From: Candidatus Dadabacteria bacterium
Lineage (GTDB): Bacteria > Desulfobacterota_D > UBA1144 > Nemesobacterales > Mycalebacteriaceae
Direction of reading: 5' to 3'
DNA length: 64,000 bases
NCBI GenBank assembly: GCA_026708565.1
Contig: JAPOUR010000005.1
Span: 32,273 to 96,272 of the forward strand
Of the stretch, positions 1 through 8,583 are shown piece after piece (position 1 is the stretch's first letter; each line of letters begins with the position of its first letter). The translations under genes and the position numbers were made by a program. The notes below the pieces were generated by a model. The model ran no database searches. It had not been told where the DNA came from and was given only the letters and a program-made list of their open reading frames with translations.

Positions 1-1955
1 AATACGATCTGAGCGAGTTTCAGACCATTAGCCAATCGTTGCCTTTCTTTCAGGATGCGAAAAACGGTTCGCTTGCTATCGGTCAGAATGCGAGCGTGTT
101 CGGGTATAACTCCACCGCCGTGGGAATTGGGGCGAGGGCGAATAGCCGTAGTTATTATGACGATAACATAGAAAGAGAAGTGTCTGCTAGTGGAACCGCC
201 TTCGGTTATGGTGCAAATGCGAGTTTCGGGGGAACGGCTATCGGTAGTGAATCTTTTGCGGAAGAAGGGGGAACGGCTATCGGCTTTTCCGCACAAGCTA
301 CCGCCGTAAAAGCCATAGCCATCGGTGCGCACAGTGGCTTTCTTACTTTCTACGATGAGAATTTGGGCATACATAGGGCCTCCGGCGCATACGCGGAAGA
401 CGCCATAGCCATTGGTTCCTTTTCATACGCTACTGCAAACGGAGCCATCGCCCTCGGCGGCGGGGCGAGCGCCATGGGCATGAACTCCATTGCAATCGGG
501 CGTAATATGTTTGCCAATGCCGGACAAATCCGTATCGGCGATTCCTCAATTGGGGATGTAACTGTTGGCGCGTTCAACCTGAGTGAGTTCTCCGACAAGG
601 AAACGGTCAGCAGTATTAACTCCGCCTTGCTCATGGCAGACGACACCCTCCGGGCGCAAATAGAGGGTGTCAACTCTTCCAGAGGCACTGCTGTCAGAGC
701 CATAATAGAGGAAGAGACAGAGGAAGGGAGAATCATTAACAACGCGATTCATACCGCAATCAATTCCACCGACTTTTCCTTTATACTCCCAAGCGCGACC
801 GGAACGGAGGCAACCACTTTCGGTGAGGGCGGCGCGGACGGGGTCGGCAACAACTCATCAACTTTCGGCTGGGGCGCATACGCAGGACCGGGCGCGGTTA
901 ATTCTTCAGCATTCGGCCATTCGGCAAACGCGACCTCGCCGCAATCCGTTGCCATTGGAGCAGGGGCGTCAACCGTGCCTGAAACTAATCTTCCCAACTT
1001 TAACTCGGAAGGCGCCATTGCCATTGGCGTGGGGGCGCACGCGGTCGGTTTGGGCGCAATTGCCATTGGACATAATGTGAAGGCCAAAGTGGCAACCAGC
1101 GGTGTAGGACAGATTCGCATCGGCAATACCAATCAGTCCGATGTGCAGATAGGGATTTACGATTTGCAGCATTTTGCCAGACGTGTAGGTTATGACCCTG
1201 CCACCGCCCACGGAACTTCAAGTCCTCCCCGCCCTCCCGACCCGCCGCGCCCCCCGATTCAAAGCGAGGTTGATGATGCTTCTGTTCAGGGAGCGGAGGC
1301 AAGAGCAGAAAGTCCGGTTGCAACGGCTGGCATACAGACAAGTAGCGGCTCAATTAACGGCGGCGATCGCTCCCGCGCAGATGGAACTGAATCAACGGCT
1401 CTCGGCTATAACGCATCCGTTACTTTAAGCGGCGGAACGGCTATCGGCGCAAATGCGAGTGTAACAATACGTGGCGGCATTTCCATAGGGGCAGGCGTTA
1501 GAACCGAATCAGGCAATTCCATTGTCATAGGCGAGAGAGATGAGACAGGTGTCCGTATCGGGCGATACTCACTTCAAGAAATGGATGACCGCATTGGCAC
1601 AATCGGCGATGACCCAAACCCCACCGGAAGCGCACACGCCCGTATCAACGACCACGAAACCCGCCTTTCCTCCGTTGAAAGCCGCGTCTCCGGCTTGGTG
1701 GATGTAAGCAACCGCTTGAGCAAAGCGGTCGCAATGTCTATGGCCCAAGAGTTCATAGCCGTTGAGAAAGACCGCCGGGCACGTTTCGGCATGACAAGTT
1801 CCGCCTATCGGGGCGAGTTCGGCATCGGCGCAAGTGCGGGTGTCCGTCTGAATGATATGATACAATTCCACTTTAGCGGAGCAATGGATTCGGGCTTTGA
1901 CGAGAAAGCGATCAAAGCGGGCTTTGACATCCAATTCGGAGGCAAACAGCAATAA
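1..1955 (+). CDS. Trimeric autotransporter adhesin (YadA-like), 5'-partial
   Basis: The open frame runs to the window start with no stop upstream of the TTG at 39. Many head-type repeats (AIG.NA.A.G, SIAIG). Pro-rich linker SSPPRPPDPPRPPIQ. C-terminal coiled stalk plus a YadA-like 4-strand beta anchor ending ...GFDIQFGGKQQ. Confidence 0.7.
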   Translation, partial: YDLSEFQTISQSLPFFQDAKNGSLAIGQNASVFGYNSTAVGIGARANSRSYYDDNIEREVSASGTAFGYGANASFGGTAIGSESFAEEGGTAIGFSAQATAVKAIAIGAHSGFLTFYDENLGIHRASGAYAEDAIAIGSFSYATANGAIALGGGASAMGMNSIAIGRNMFANAGQIRIGDSSIGDVTVGAFNLSEFSDKETVSSINSALLMADDTLRAQIEGVNSSRGTAVRAIIEEETEEGRIINNAIHTAINSTDFSFILPSATGTEATTFGEGGADGVGNNSSTFGWGAYAGPGAVNSSAFGHSANATSPQSVAIGAGASTVPETNLPNFNSEGAIAIGVGAHAVGLGAIAIGHNVKAKVATSGVGQIRIGNTNQSDVQIGIYDLQHFARRVGYDPATAHGTSSPPRPPDPPRPPIQSEVDDASVQGAEARAESPVATAGIQTSSGSINGGDRSRADGTESTALGYNASVTLSGGTAIGANASVTIRGGISIGAGVRTESGNSIVIGERDETGVRIGRYSLQEMDDRIGTIGDDPNPTGSAHARINDHETRLSSVESRVSGLVDVSNRLSKAVAMSMAQEFIAVEKDRRARFGMTSSAYRGEFGIGASAGVRLNDMIQFHFSGAMDSGFDEKAIKAGFDIQFGGKQQ

Positions 1956-1963
1956 TCCCCCTC

Positions 1964-1999
1964 CCCCTCTGGATTCCTTGTCGGAGCAAGGAATGACAG
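1964..1999. repeat. REP-like hairpin element copy A: CCCCTCTGGATTCCTTG-TCGGAG-CAAGGAATGACAG
   Basis: 8-bp stem ATTCCTTG/CAAGGAAT. Lies just downstream of the adhesin stop, so terminator-like. A second copy is at 9552-9586. Confidence 0.5.
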
Positions 2000-2169
2000 A
2001 AAAGAGACCGGATTCCGGCAAAACTATCTCCTTATTCAAGGCTACCTTGAATATAAACTGCAATTCCTTCCATATTAAAGGCCACCTTGAACAACACCTT
2101 TTGACCACAACCCCCACCCCGCCCCGTTCTGTGTTAAAATAACCCCAAACCCGCGCGGAGGCATTTGCT

Positions 2170-2505
2170 ATGAGTTACTACAAACCCGAAGACCTTAAAA
2201 AATTCAACGAGGTCGGAAAATTCGCAAAGAACCTGATGGACAAGTTCTTTGACTACTACAACGCCGCCACCTCCGATGAGGGGGCTTTGACCGCCAGAGA
2301 AAAAGCGCTCATCGCCCTTGCGGTGGCGCATTCCAAACAATGCCCCTACTGCATTGACGCCTACACCAACAGATGCATTGAAACCGGCGCGGGCCCCGAA
2401 GAAATGACCGAGGCCGTTCATGTCGCCGCCTCAATGGAAGCGGGAGTTAAACTTATCCACGCGGTTCAGATGCAAAATACCCTGAAGGAAAACGGCGCGC
2501 TGTAG
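2170..2505 (+). CDS. AhpD-like / carboxymuconolactone decarboxylase family protein (CxxC), arsenosugar-biosynthesis-associated peroxidase-like
   Basis: 111 aa. CPYC redox motif in an AhpD-like helical context (ALIALAVAHSKQCPYCIDAY). RBS GGAGG upstream. Immediately precedes the rSAM/Cys-rich gene. Confidence 0.7.
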   Translation: MSYYKPEDLKKFNEVGKFAKNLMDKFFDYYNAATSDEGALTAREKALIALAVAHSKQCPYCIDAYTNRCIETGAGPEEMTEAVHVAASMEAGVKLIHAVQMQNTLKENGAL

Positions 2506-2528
2506 CCCGCCCTCCCCCCTTTTTTACA

Positions 2529-3536
2529 ATGACGGAACACAACGGCAGCAACGGCGGCGGAAGAAACTTTTCCGCATTTATCAAAGACAGAAACGTCAGC
2601 ATAACGCCGCGCTCCCTCAAAACCCTTCAGGTTAATGTTACAAAACTCTGCAATCAGGCGTGCGTCCATTGCCACGTTGACGCCTCCCCGAAACGGACCG
2701 AGCAGATGGACATCAAAACCATAAACCGCTGCCTTGAAATACTGTCGGATGAAAAAGTGGAAACGCTTGACATTACGGGCGGCGCGCCGGAACTGAATCC
2801 GCATTTTGACCACCTCGTCCGGCGGGCGGCGGAAATGGGGAAACACATTATCGTGCGCCACAACCTGACCGTTACCTTTGACGGAAATCCCGTTACCGGG
2901 GAAAGCAAGGAATACCTGCCGGAATTTTTCGCCCGGCACGGGGTTGAGGTGGTTTCCTCTCTGCCGCATTACGATGAGTATTTCACAGACAAACAGAGAG
3001 GCAGGGGCGTGTTTGAAAAAAGCGTCCGCTCCGCCCTGCTGCTTAACGAACAGGGCTACGGCGGCGAGGGAAGCGGGCTTGTTCTGAATTTCGTCCACAA
3101 CCCTCCGGGAGAGTATCTTCCGTCCGAACAGACGGGGCTTGAAAAAACATTTAAGGAAAAACTCAAGTCACGGCACGGCATTGAGTTCAACAACCTTTAC
3201 TGCATAACAAATATGCCGATAAACAGATTCCGGCAGTGGCTGATACGGGAAAACAAATACTCCTCCTACATGGACAAAATCGTGTCCGCGTTCAACCCCT
3301 CCGCCGCCGAGGGCGTGATGTGCCGCGACATGATAAGCGTTGACCATAACGGAAACCTTTACGACTGCGATTTCAACCAGATGCTCGGCATGGGCGTCCC
3401 GGCGGAAAACGGCGGAGGGGCGACCGTTTTTAATTCCTCGCATGAAAGCATTGTCGGGCGCGATATTAAATTCGGAAGCCACTGTTTCGGCTGCACGGCG
3501 GGCGGGGGAAGCAGTTGCGGCGGGCAAACCGCCTGA
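2529..3536 (+). CDS. arsS: Radical SAM / Cys-rich domain protein (ArsS-like, TIGR04167 type)
   Basis: CxxxCxxC radical SAM motif (CNQACVHC) near the N-terminus. C-terminal Cys-rich domain (CRDMISVDHNGNLYDCDF...SHCFGCTAGGGSSCGG). Confidence 0.7.
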   Translation: MTEHNGSNGGGRNFSAFIKDRNVSITPRSLKTLQVNVTKLCNQACVHCHVDASPKRTEQMDIKTINRCLEILSDEKVETLDITGGAPELNPHFDHLVRRAAEMGKHIIVRHNLTVTFDGNPVTGESKEYLPEFFARHGVEVVSSLPHYDEYFTDKQRGRGVFEKSVRSALLLNEQGYGGEGSGLVLNFVHNPPGEYLPSEQTGLEKTFKEKLKSRHGIEFNNLYCITNMPINRFRQWLIRENKYSSYMDKIVSAFNPSAAEGVMCRDMISVDHNGNLYDCDFNQMLGMGVPAENGGGATVFNSSHESIVGRDIKFGSHCFGCTAGGGSSCGGQTA

Positions 3537-3555
3537 CCACGGGAAACCAGCAACA

Positions 3556-4170
3556 TTGAACACGGTGGCGATTTTTCTCAAGCACCCCACTCCGGGAAAA
3601 GTGAAGACGCGGCTGGCAAAGCAACTGGGAAACCGGCGGGCGGCGGCGGTTTATTCCGCCATGGCGAAAGATGTTGTGAAATCGGCGGAGCGCGGAGCGC
3701 GGATTTTCTTTGACCCGCCGGAAATGGAAAAAGAAGTAAGGCGGTGGCTCGGCGGCTTTTCGGGGGCTTTCTCTCCGCAGAGCGGGGATTCGCTGGGCGG
3801 AAGAATGGCAAACGCCATCGGGCTTTGCCTTCGGGAGGGAAGCGAAAAGGTTGTTGTCATCGGGACGGACTGCCCTGACATTACACCCGCAATTATCGCC
3901 GGGGCGTTTGAGCGGCTTGACGGGGCGGATGTGGTTATAGGGCCGTGCGAAGACGGCGGCTATTACCTTATAGGAATGAGGCGGCTTTACCGGGAGTTGT
4001 TTTGCGGAATTGAATGGAGTTCAAACTCGGTAACCGCCCGGACGGTTGAAAAAGCGGAGGCGCTTTCCCTTAAGGTGAGCATGCTGCAAACACTGCGCGA
4101 CATAGATGAAGCGGAAGACCTCGGCGGGCGGTTTGAATCGTATATCCAAAACGGCGGGGAAACGTCATGA
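3556..4170 (+). CDS. DUF2064 / TIGR04282-type transferase (rSAM-Cys-rich-associated transferase 1)
   Basis: N-terminus VAIFLKHPTPGKVKTRL matches the DUF2064 family start. The track ORF from 3340 overlaps arsS and is a 5' over-extension; the start chosen here is the TTG at 3556 (or the GTG at 3565). Stop overlaps the ccdA start (ATGA). Confidence 0.6.
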   Translation: MNTVAIFLKHPTPGKVKTRLAKQLGNRRAAAVYSAMAKDVVKSAERGARIFFDPPEMEKEVRRWLGGFSGAFSPQSGDSLGGRMANAIGLCLREGSEKVVVIGTDCPDITPAIIAGAFERLDGADVVIGPCEDGGYYLIGMRRLYRELFCGIEWSSNSVTARTVEKAEALSLKVSMLQTLRDIDEAEDLGGRFESYIQNGGETS

Positions 4171-4880
4171 TTGAAACCGCCTCCCCCGCGTTCACCCTCG
4201 CCTTTCTTGCCGGCGCGGCGTCTTTTCTCTCGCCCTGCATATTTCCTCTGGTTCCCGGATACCTGTCCGCGATTGCGGCGGGCAACGCCCGCCCGGTGGG
4301 TCCTGCGGTTTTGTTTGTGGCGGGATTTTCCTCAGTATTCTCCCTCATGGGAACTTCGGCGTCCTTCGCCGGGTCTTTTCTTGCGGAATACAGGGAGACC
4401 CTTTCTGTTGTTTCCGGCGCTCTGGTGATGATTTTAGGGCTCTTCACTTTGGAGGTCATTAAAATCCCCTTCCTGATGAGGGAGCGGCGGGCGTCCGCCC
4501 CCGGCGCGGGAAGAGGGGCGGCCTATGTGTTCATGCTGGGGTGCGCCTTTGCTTTCGGGTGGACGCCGTGCATAGGGCCTATGCTTGCGTCCATACTGTC
4601 TTACGCCGCGCTGTCTCCCGAACCGTCCGGGGGGATGCTGCTTCTGCTGACCTATTCGGCGGGGCTCGGCTCGCCGTTTGTGCTTGCCGCCCTGTTCCTC
4701 GGAAGGTGGCGGTCTCTCTCGGCGCTTGTGAGCCGCTATCACTCCGTCTATAAGTATGCGGTCGGGGGGATGCTGCTGGCGGCGGGGTTCTTGATGGCGG
4801 CGGGGTTGCTGTTTTATGTGAATATCTACGGGCAGAGGTTTTTTGAGTTTCTGGGGCTTGATTTCTGGACGAGGATTTGA
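4167..4880 (+). CDS. ccdA: CcdA/DsbD-family thiol-disulfide transporter (cytochrome c biogenesis CcdA-like)
   Basis: Multi-TM protein with the hallmark FLSPCIFPLVPGYLS motif and a second conserved Cys (WTPCIGP). Confidence 0.7.
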   Translation: MIETASPAFTLAFLAGAASFLSPCIFPLVPGYLSAIAAGNARPVGPAVLFVAGFSSVFSLMGTSASFAGSFLAEYRETLSVVSGALVMILGLFTLEVIKIPFLMRERRASAPGAGRGAAYVFMLGCAFAFGWTPCIGPMLASILSYAALSPEPSGGMLLLLTYSAGLGSPFVLAALFLGRWRSLSALVSRYHSVYKYAVGGMLLAAGFLMAAGLLFYVNIYGQRFFEFLGLDFWTRI

Positions 4881-4948
4881 CGGGATTGCCGCCTGTTGAC
4901 TAATCCCCCGTCTTTCCATATATTAAGCCGCTGACGGAGAGTCTTCCA

Positions 4949-5194
4949 ATGCCCTGTTACGAATACGAATGCGCGAAGTGCGGAAACAGATTTGAGTTCC
5001 TTCACCTCGGCAATGAGGTTGCAAAGTGCGAAAGTTGCGGAACGAAGAAAGTTACAAGACTTCTTTCCTCTTTCGGTTTTGGCTTCAAAGGGTTTGGAGC
5101 GAGTTCCGCCGAACCCCCCGCCCCTGTTGAGGCGGCTGAAACGGAAAACGGCACAGACACATGTTGCGGCGGCGGCAGTTGCGGGTGCGGGTAA
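4949..5194 (+). CDS. FmdB-family zinc-ribbon protein
   Basis: MPCYEYECAKCGNRFE...CESCG double CxxC. Gly/Cys-rich C-terminal tail. Confidence 0.6.
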   Translation: MPCYEYECAKCGNRFEFLHLGNEVAKCESCGTKKVTRLLSSFGFGFKGFGASSAEPPAPVEAAETENGTDTCCGGGSCGCG

Positions 5195-5212
5195 CGGCGA
5201 AGGAGAAAAACC

Positions 5213-6508
5213 ATGGCAGAAAAATCGGAACAAAACCTGAAAAAATCCGCGCTTGAGTATCACAGGAAAGAGAGGAAGGGAAAACTTGAGGTTATCCCCT
5301 CAAAGCCGTGCGCGACACAGTGGGACCTTTCCCTCGCCTACTCTCCGGGAGTGGCCGAGCCGTGCAAAGAGATAGAAAAAGATCCTGACACCGCTTACGA
5401 ATACACCAACAAGGGCAACCTTGTGGGCGTGGTTTCCAACGGAACGGCGGTTCTGGGCCTCGGCAGCATAGGGGCGCTTGCGGGCAAGCCGGTAATGGAG
5501 GGCAAAGGGGTTCTGTTCAAAAGGTTTGCGGACATTGACGCTTACGACATAAACATAAACTGCTCCGACCCCGACGAGTTTATAAGAATCGTTGAGAGCC
5601 TTGAGCCGACTTTCGGCGGCATTAACCTTGAAGACATAAAAGCGCCGGAATGTTTCAAGATAGAGGATGAGTTGAAAGAGAAGATGGACATCCCCGTCTT
5701 TCATGATGACCAGCACGGAACGGCGATCATATCCGCCGCCGGGCTTCTCAATGCGTGTGAGTTGACGGGCAGAAACATTGAAGACCTTACTATGGTTTTC
5801 AACGGCGCGGGCGCGTCCGCAATCGCTTGCGCGGAGTTGTTTGTCTCTCTCGGCGTGAAGCGGGAAAACATAATAATGTGCGACAGCAGGGGCGTAATCT
5901 ACGAAGGGCGCAAGGAGGGGCTGAACCCTCAGAAAGAGCGTTTTATCGTAAAGACCAAGCACCGCACTGTTGAAGACGCGATGAAAGGCGCGCAGTGTTT
6001 TGTGGGCTTGTCAAACGGCGGAGCGGTAAGTCAGGATATGGTGAGAAGCATGGACGCAAACCCCATTATATTCGCCATGGCGAACCCCGACCCGGAGATT
6101 TCATATCCGGATGCAAAAAGCGCGAGAAGTGATGATGTAATCATGGCGACCGGAAGGTCTGACTACCCCAATCAGGTGAACAATGTTCTCGGTTTCCCGT
6201 TCATATTCCGGGGCGCTCTTGATGTGAGGGCGCGTTCCATAAACGAGGAGATGAAAATTGCGGCGGTCAGGGCGCTTGCGGCTCTGGCGAAAGAGCCCGT
6301 TCCCGACAGTGTTATAAAGGCGTACGGCGGAAGCCCGATAGAGTTTTCTCCCGATTACATAGTGCCCAAGCCGTTTGACCCGCGCGTTCTTCCGTGGGAG
6401 TCCGCGGCGGTGGCGCAGGCGGCAATTGAAACCGGCGTTGCAAGAGTGAAGATAGACACGGCGGAATACAAAAAGTCGCTTGAAGACAAGATTCAAGACC
6501 AACTTTGA
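5213..6508 (+). CDS. NAD(P)-dependent malic enzyme (short MaeB-type, no PTA domain)
   Basis: Conserved [28 protein letters not shown] and [10 protein letters not shown] motifs. Confidence 0.85.
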   Translation: MAEKSEQNLKKSALEYHRKERKGKLEVIPSKPCATQWDLSLAYSPGVAEPCKEIEKDPDTAYEYTNKGNLVGVVSNGTAVLGLGSIGALAGKPVMEGKGVLFKRFADIDAYDININCSDPDEFIRIVESLEPTFGGINLEDIKAPECFKIEDELKEKMDIPVFHDDQHGTAIISAAGLLNACELTGRNIEDLTMVFNGAGASAIACAELFVSLGVKRENIIMCDSRGVIYEGRKEGLNPQKERFIVKTKHRTVEDAMKGAQCFVGLSNGGAVSQDMVRSMDANPIIFAMANPDPEISYPDAKSARSDDVIMATGRSDYPNQVNNVLGFPFIFRGALDVRARSINEEMKIAAVRALAALAKEPVPDSVIKAYGGSPIEFSPDYIVPKPFDPRVLPWESAAVAQAAIETGVARVKIDTAEYKKSLEDKIQDQL

Positions 6509-7149
6509 ATTTTCAAGCCGTCATCTTTGACATGGACGGGGTGCTCATAGACAGCGAGCCCCTGTGGGAAGAAGCGGAAATAAAACTGCTCAAATCGGAG
6601 GGCGTTCGTTACGACCCTCTTTTCAGGGACAAGGTTGTCGGACTGAGCCAGATTGACTCGTCAAAACTGATTATCCGGGAGTTCGGGCTGAACTGCTCCC
6701 CCCAAAGTCTGATAGAGCGGAGGATGGAGATCCTTCTCGGCATTTATGAGGAGCGTCTGTCAATGTTTGAGGGCGCAAGGGAGGCGATTGAAAGATTCAG
6801 AGGCGGCGGGTTGAAAACCGCTCTTGCGTCCAGTTCGCCCATGAGGGTTATAGCGTATGTGCTTGAAAAGTTTTCGCTTGGGACCCTGTTTGATGCGGTG
6901 GTGTCGGGCGATTGTGTGGAAAACGGAAAGCCCGCGCCCGACATTTATTTGCTTGCGGCTGAAAAGATTGACATTGCGCCCCGCTTTTGCGCGGCGGTTG
7001 AGGACTCGCCGCGCGGGGTTGAGTCTGCGGCGGATGCCGGGATGTTTTGCGTGGCAATTCCCGACCCGCGCTTGAAAGCGGATGAGTTCGGCAAGTGCGG
7101 GGCGGTTTGCGGGAAGATATCGGAGGTTGAGGGTGTGCTTGGGTTTTGA
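6505..7149 (+). CDS. HAD-IA family hydrolase (beta-phosphoglucomutase-like)
   Basis: Motif [17 protein letters not shown] motifs downstream. ATGA overlap with the malic enzyme gene. Confidence 0.75.
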   Translation: MNFQAVIFDMDGVLIDSEPLWEEAEIKLLKSEGVRYDPLFRDKVVGLSQIDSSKLIIREFGLNCSPQSLIERRMEILLGIYEERLSMFEGAREAIERFRGGGLKTALASSSPMRVIAYVLEKFSLGTLFDAVVSGDCVENGKPAPDIYLLAAEKIDIAPRFCAAVEDSPRGVESAADAGMFCVAIPDPRLKADEFGKCGAVCGKISEVEGVLGF

Positions 7150-7181
7150 CATACGCAATGCGCCTTGTGATAATTGAAGGT

Positions 7182-7403
7182 ATGAGCAAGCAATCCCATT
7201 ACAAAGCGATAATCAAACAGGACGGCGACTGGTGGATAGGCTGGATACAGGAAATTTCCGGCGTGAACTGTCAGGAGGCGACCCGCGAGGAACTTATAGA
7301 GACGCTGAGAGTTTCCCTGTCTGAAATGCTTGAGTTGAACCGCTCTCAGGCGGTCAGCAGTGCGGGCGGCGGAAGTTTTGAAGAAGTTGAAATAGTGGTG
7401 TGA
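7182..7403 (+). CDS. HicB-like antitoxin (UPF0150 fold, no C-terminal DNA-binding domain)
   Basis: YKAIIKQDGDWWIGWIQEISGVNCQEATREELIETLRVSLSEMLE resembles the HicB N-domain. GAAGG RBS before the ATG at 7182. Confidence 0.5.
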   Translation: MSKQSHYKAIIKQDGDWWIGWIQEISGVNCQEATREELIETLRVSLSEMLELNRSQAVSSAGGGSFEEVEIVV

Positions 7404-7465
7404 AACGGCGGAAAGCCGAGAAAGAAAAATCAACAAAGTGTGAAAAGATCTCAAGGAGGAAAAGT

Positions 7466-7780
7466 TCTTTGAATAAAGAGTATACAGAATTGATCGAAAA
7501 ACTAAAATCGCTTAAAAGATACGAAGGAAAGCGTGGTGAATCTAATCCTACAAGAAAGTTATATAGGGAGCATCTGGAGATGAAAAAAGCCCTCAAAGAT
7601 ACAATGATGAAAGAAGGACTTCACAAAGGTACTGTTAAACACTTTATGTTGGAACAGATTAAAAAAGAATATGGCATGTCTTGTGAGGACATAAAGAAAG
7701 AAAAGAAGAATAATGAATCTACTAAAGATGCTATAATACGTCTCTTCTTATCTCTCACTCAACCCTCTCCAAGTGAATAA
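7466..7780 (+). CDS. Hypothetical Lys-rich small protein (weak HicA-like resemblance)
   Basis: AT-rich. AGGAGG RBS 9 nt before the TTG at 7466. ELIEKLKSL...GLHKGTVKHF loosely resembles HicA, but the GSHH motif is absent. Confidence 0.3.
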   Translation, partial: SLNKEYTELIEKLKSLKRYEGKRGESNPTRKLYREHLEMKKALKDTMMKEGLHKGTVKHFMLEQIKKEYGMSCEDIKKEKKNNESTKDAIIRLFLSLTQPSPSE

Positions 7781-8240
7781 CCTTGTAGTTGATTTTGTAT
7801 TTATAAAAGTCAATGTTAGGCACAACCGACAAAGCTCGTTTGATTTTCTTGTTTGTCTTTGAGGCTACTATTGCTCCCCTGACTTCCTGACCCTTCTTTG
7901 CCAGTTTCTCTTTCACAAACCCCATATACCTTTGGCATTGCCCGATAACCGTATCGGAAGTCCCGCCCCGTTTCAGTTCAATCACAAGAAAGGTCTTTTT
8001 GTCTTTGCTAATGGCAAGGATGTCAATCTTCCCTCCCGTGTCCGTAGGGTATTGCTTGCCGGTTCGCCCTTTCTTGTCTCTGTATATGTCAAAGTTTTCA
8101 GCAAAGACAGTGTGCTTCCAGTTCTTCACAAGGAAGTTTTCCATCTGTGACTCTTTCGGGAAATGGACTCTGTGAGCCTCTGCGGGTGTGGCGGAGAGGA
8201 GACAGAGGAAGAGAACAATGGCTGTCAGTTTTTTCTTCAT
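7755..8240 (-). CDS. NucS/DUF91-like PD-(D/E)xK nuclease with N-terminal signal peptide
   Basis: Signal peptide MKKKLTAIVLFLCLLSATPAEA. GGKIDILAISKDKKTFLVIELKRG...IGQCQRYMGF matches the D...ExK...QxxxY nuclease core. AT-rich. Confidence 0.5.
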   Translation of the reverse strand: MKKKLTAIVLFLCLLSATPAEAHRVHFPKESQMENFLVKNWKHTVFAENFDIYRDKKGRTGKQYPTDTGGKIDILAISKDKKTFLVIELKRGGTSDTVIGQCQRYMGFVKEKLAKKGQEVRGAIVASKTNKKIKRALSVVPNIDFYKYKINYKVIHLERVE

Positions 8241-8250
8241 GATGCAGACC

Positions 8251-8583
8251 CTACCATTCTATTCCATAATTAAGTATCGTAAAAGACTTGTGGTTCTGTT
8301 TCATAACCACATTAATATGAAATATCATTTTTTTTGTCTGTGAATACATTCGCAAACTGCCTTTTATACAAGATTGTCCCTTGCATTCTATCTTTTGATA
8401 CTTTGTATATAAAAGCATATAAGTAATCTGATCTGCTACTTCTTCCAGACTTTCACTATATCTCACAAGCAATTCTGCTTCGAAGCATGCGGGGTAAATA
8501 TAGGTATAGGTGTTATCATAAATAGGATCTTGAACAAGAATAGAGTAGCATGTTTGTCCGTATTTTTCTTTTTCTAAAATCAT
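8251..8583 (-). CDS. Hypothetical protein (AT-rich)
   Basis: ORF only. Lies in the low-GC pocket between the NucS-like gene and the ankyrin gene. Confidence 0.3.
   Translation of the reverse strand: MILEKEKYGQTCYSILVQDPIYDNTYTYIYPACFEAELLVRYSESLEEVADQITYMLLYTKYQKIECKGQSCIKGSLRMYSQTKKMIFHINVVMKQNHKSFTILNYGIEW

Noticed and set aside
3534-3536. Possible selenocysteine recoding of the TGA that ends the rSAM/Cys-rich gene
   Set aside because: Read-through runs into the out-of-frame DUF2064 coding region and gives an implausible peptide. No SECIS-like hairpin was noticed, so it is treated as a real stop.
3340-3555. 5' extension of the DUF2064 ORF overlapping the end of the rSAM gene
   Set aside because: The conserved family N-terminus begins at VAIFLKHP. 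The longer frame is just the alternative reading of the arsS 3' end, so the start was moved to 3556.
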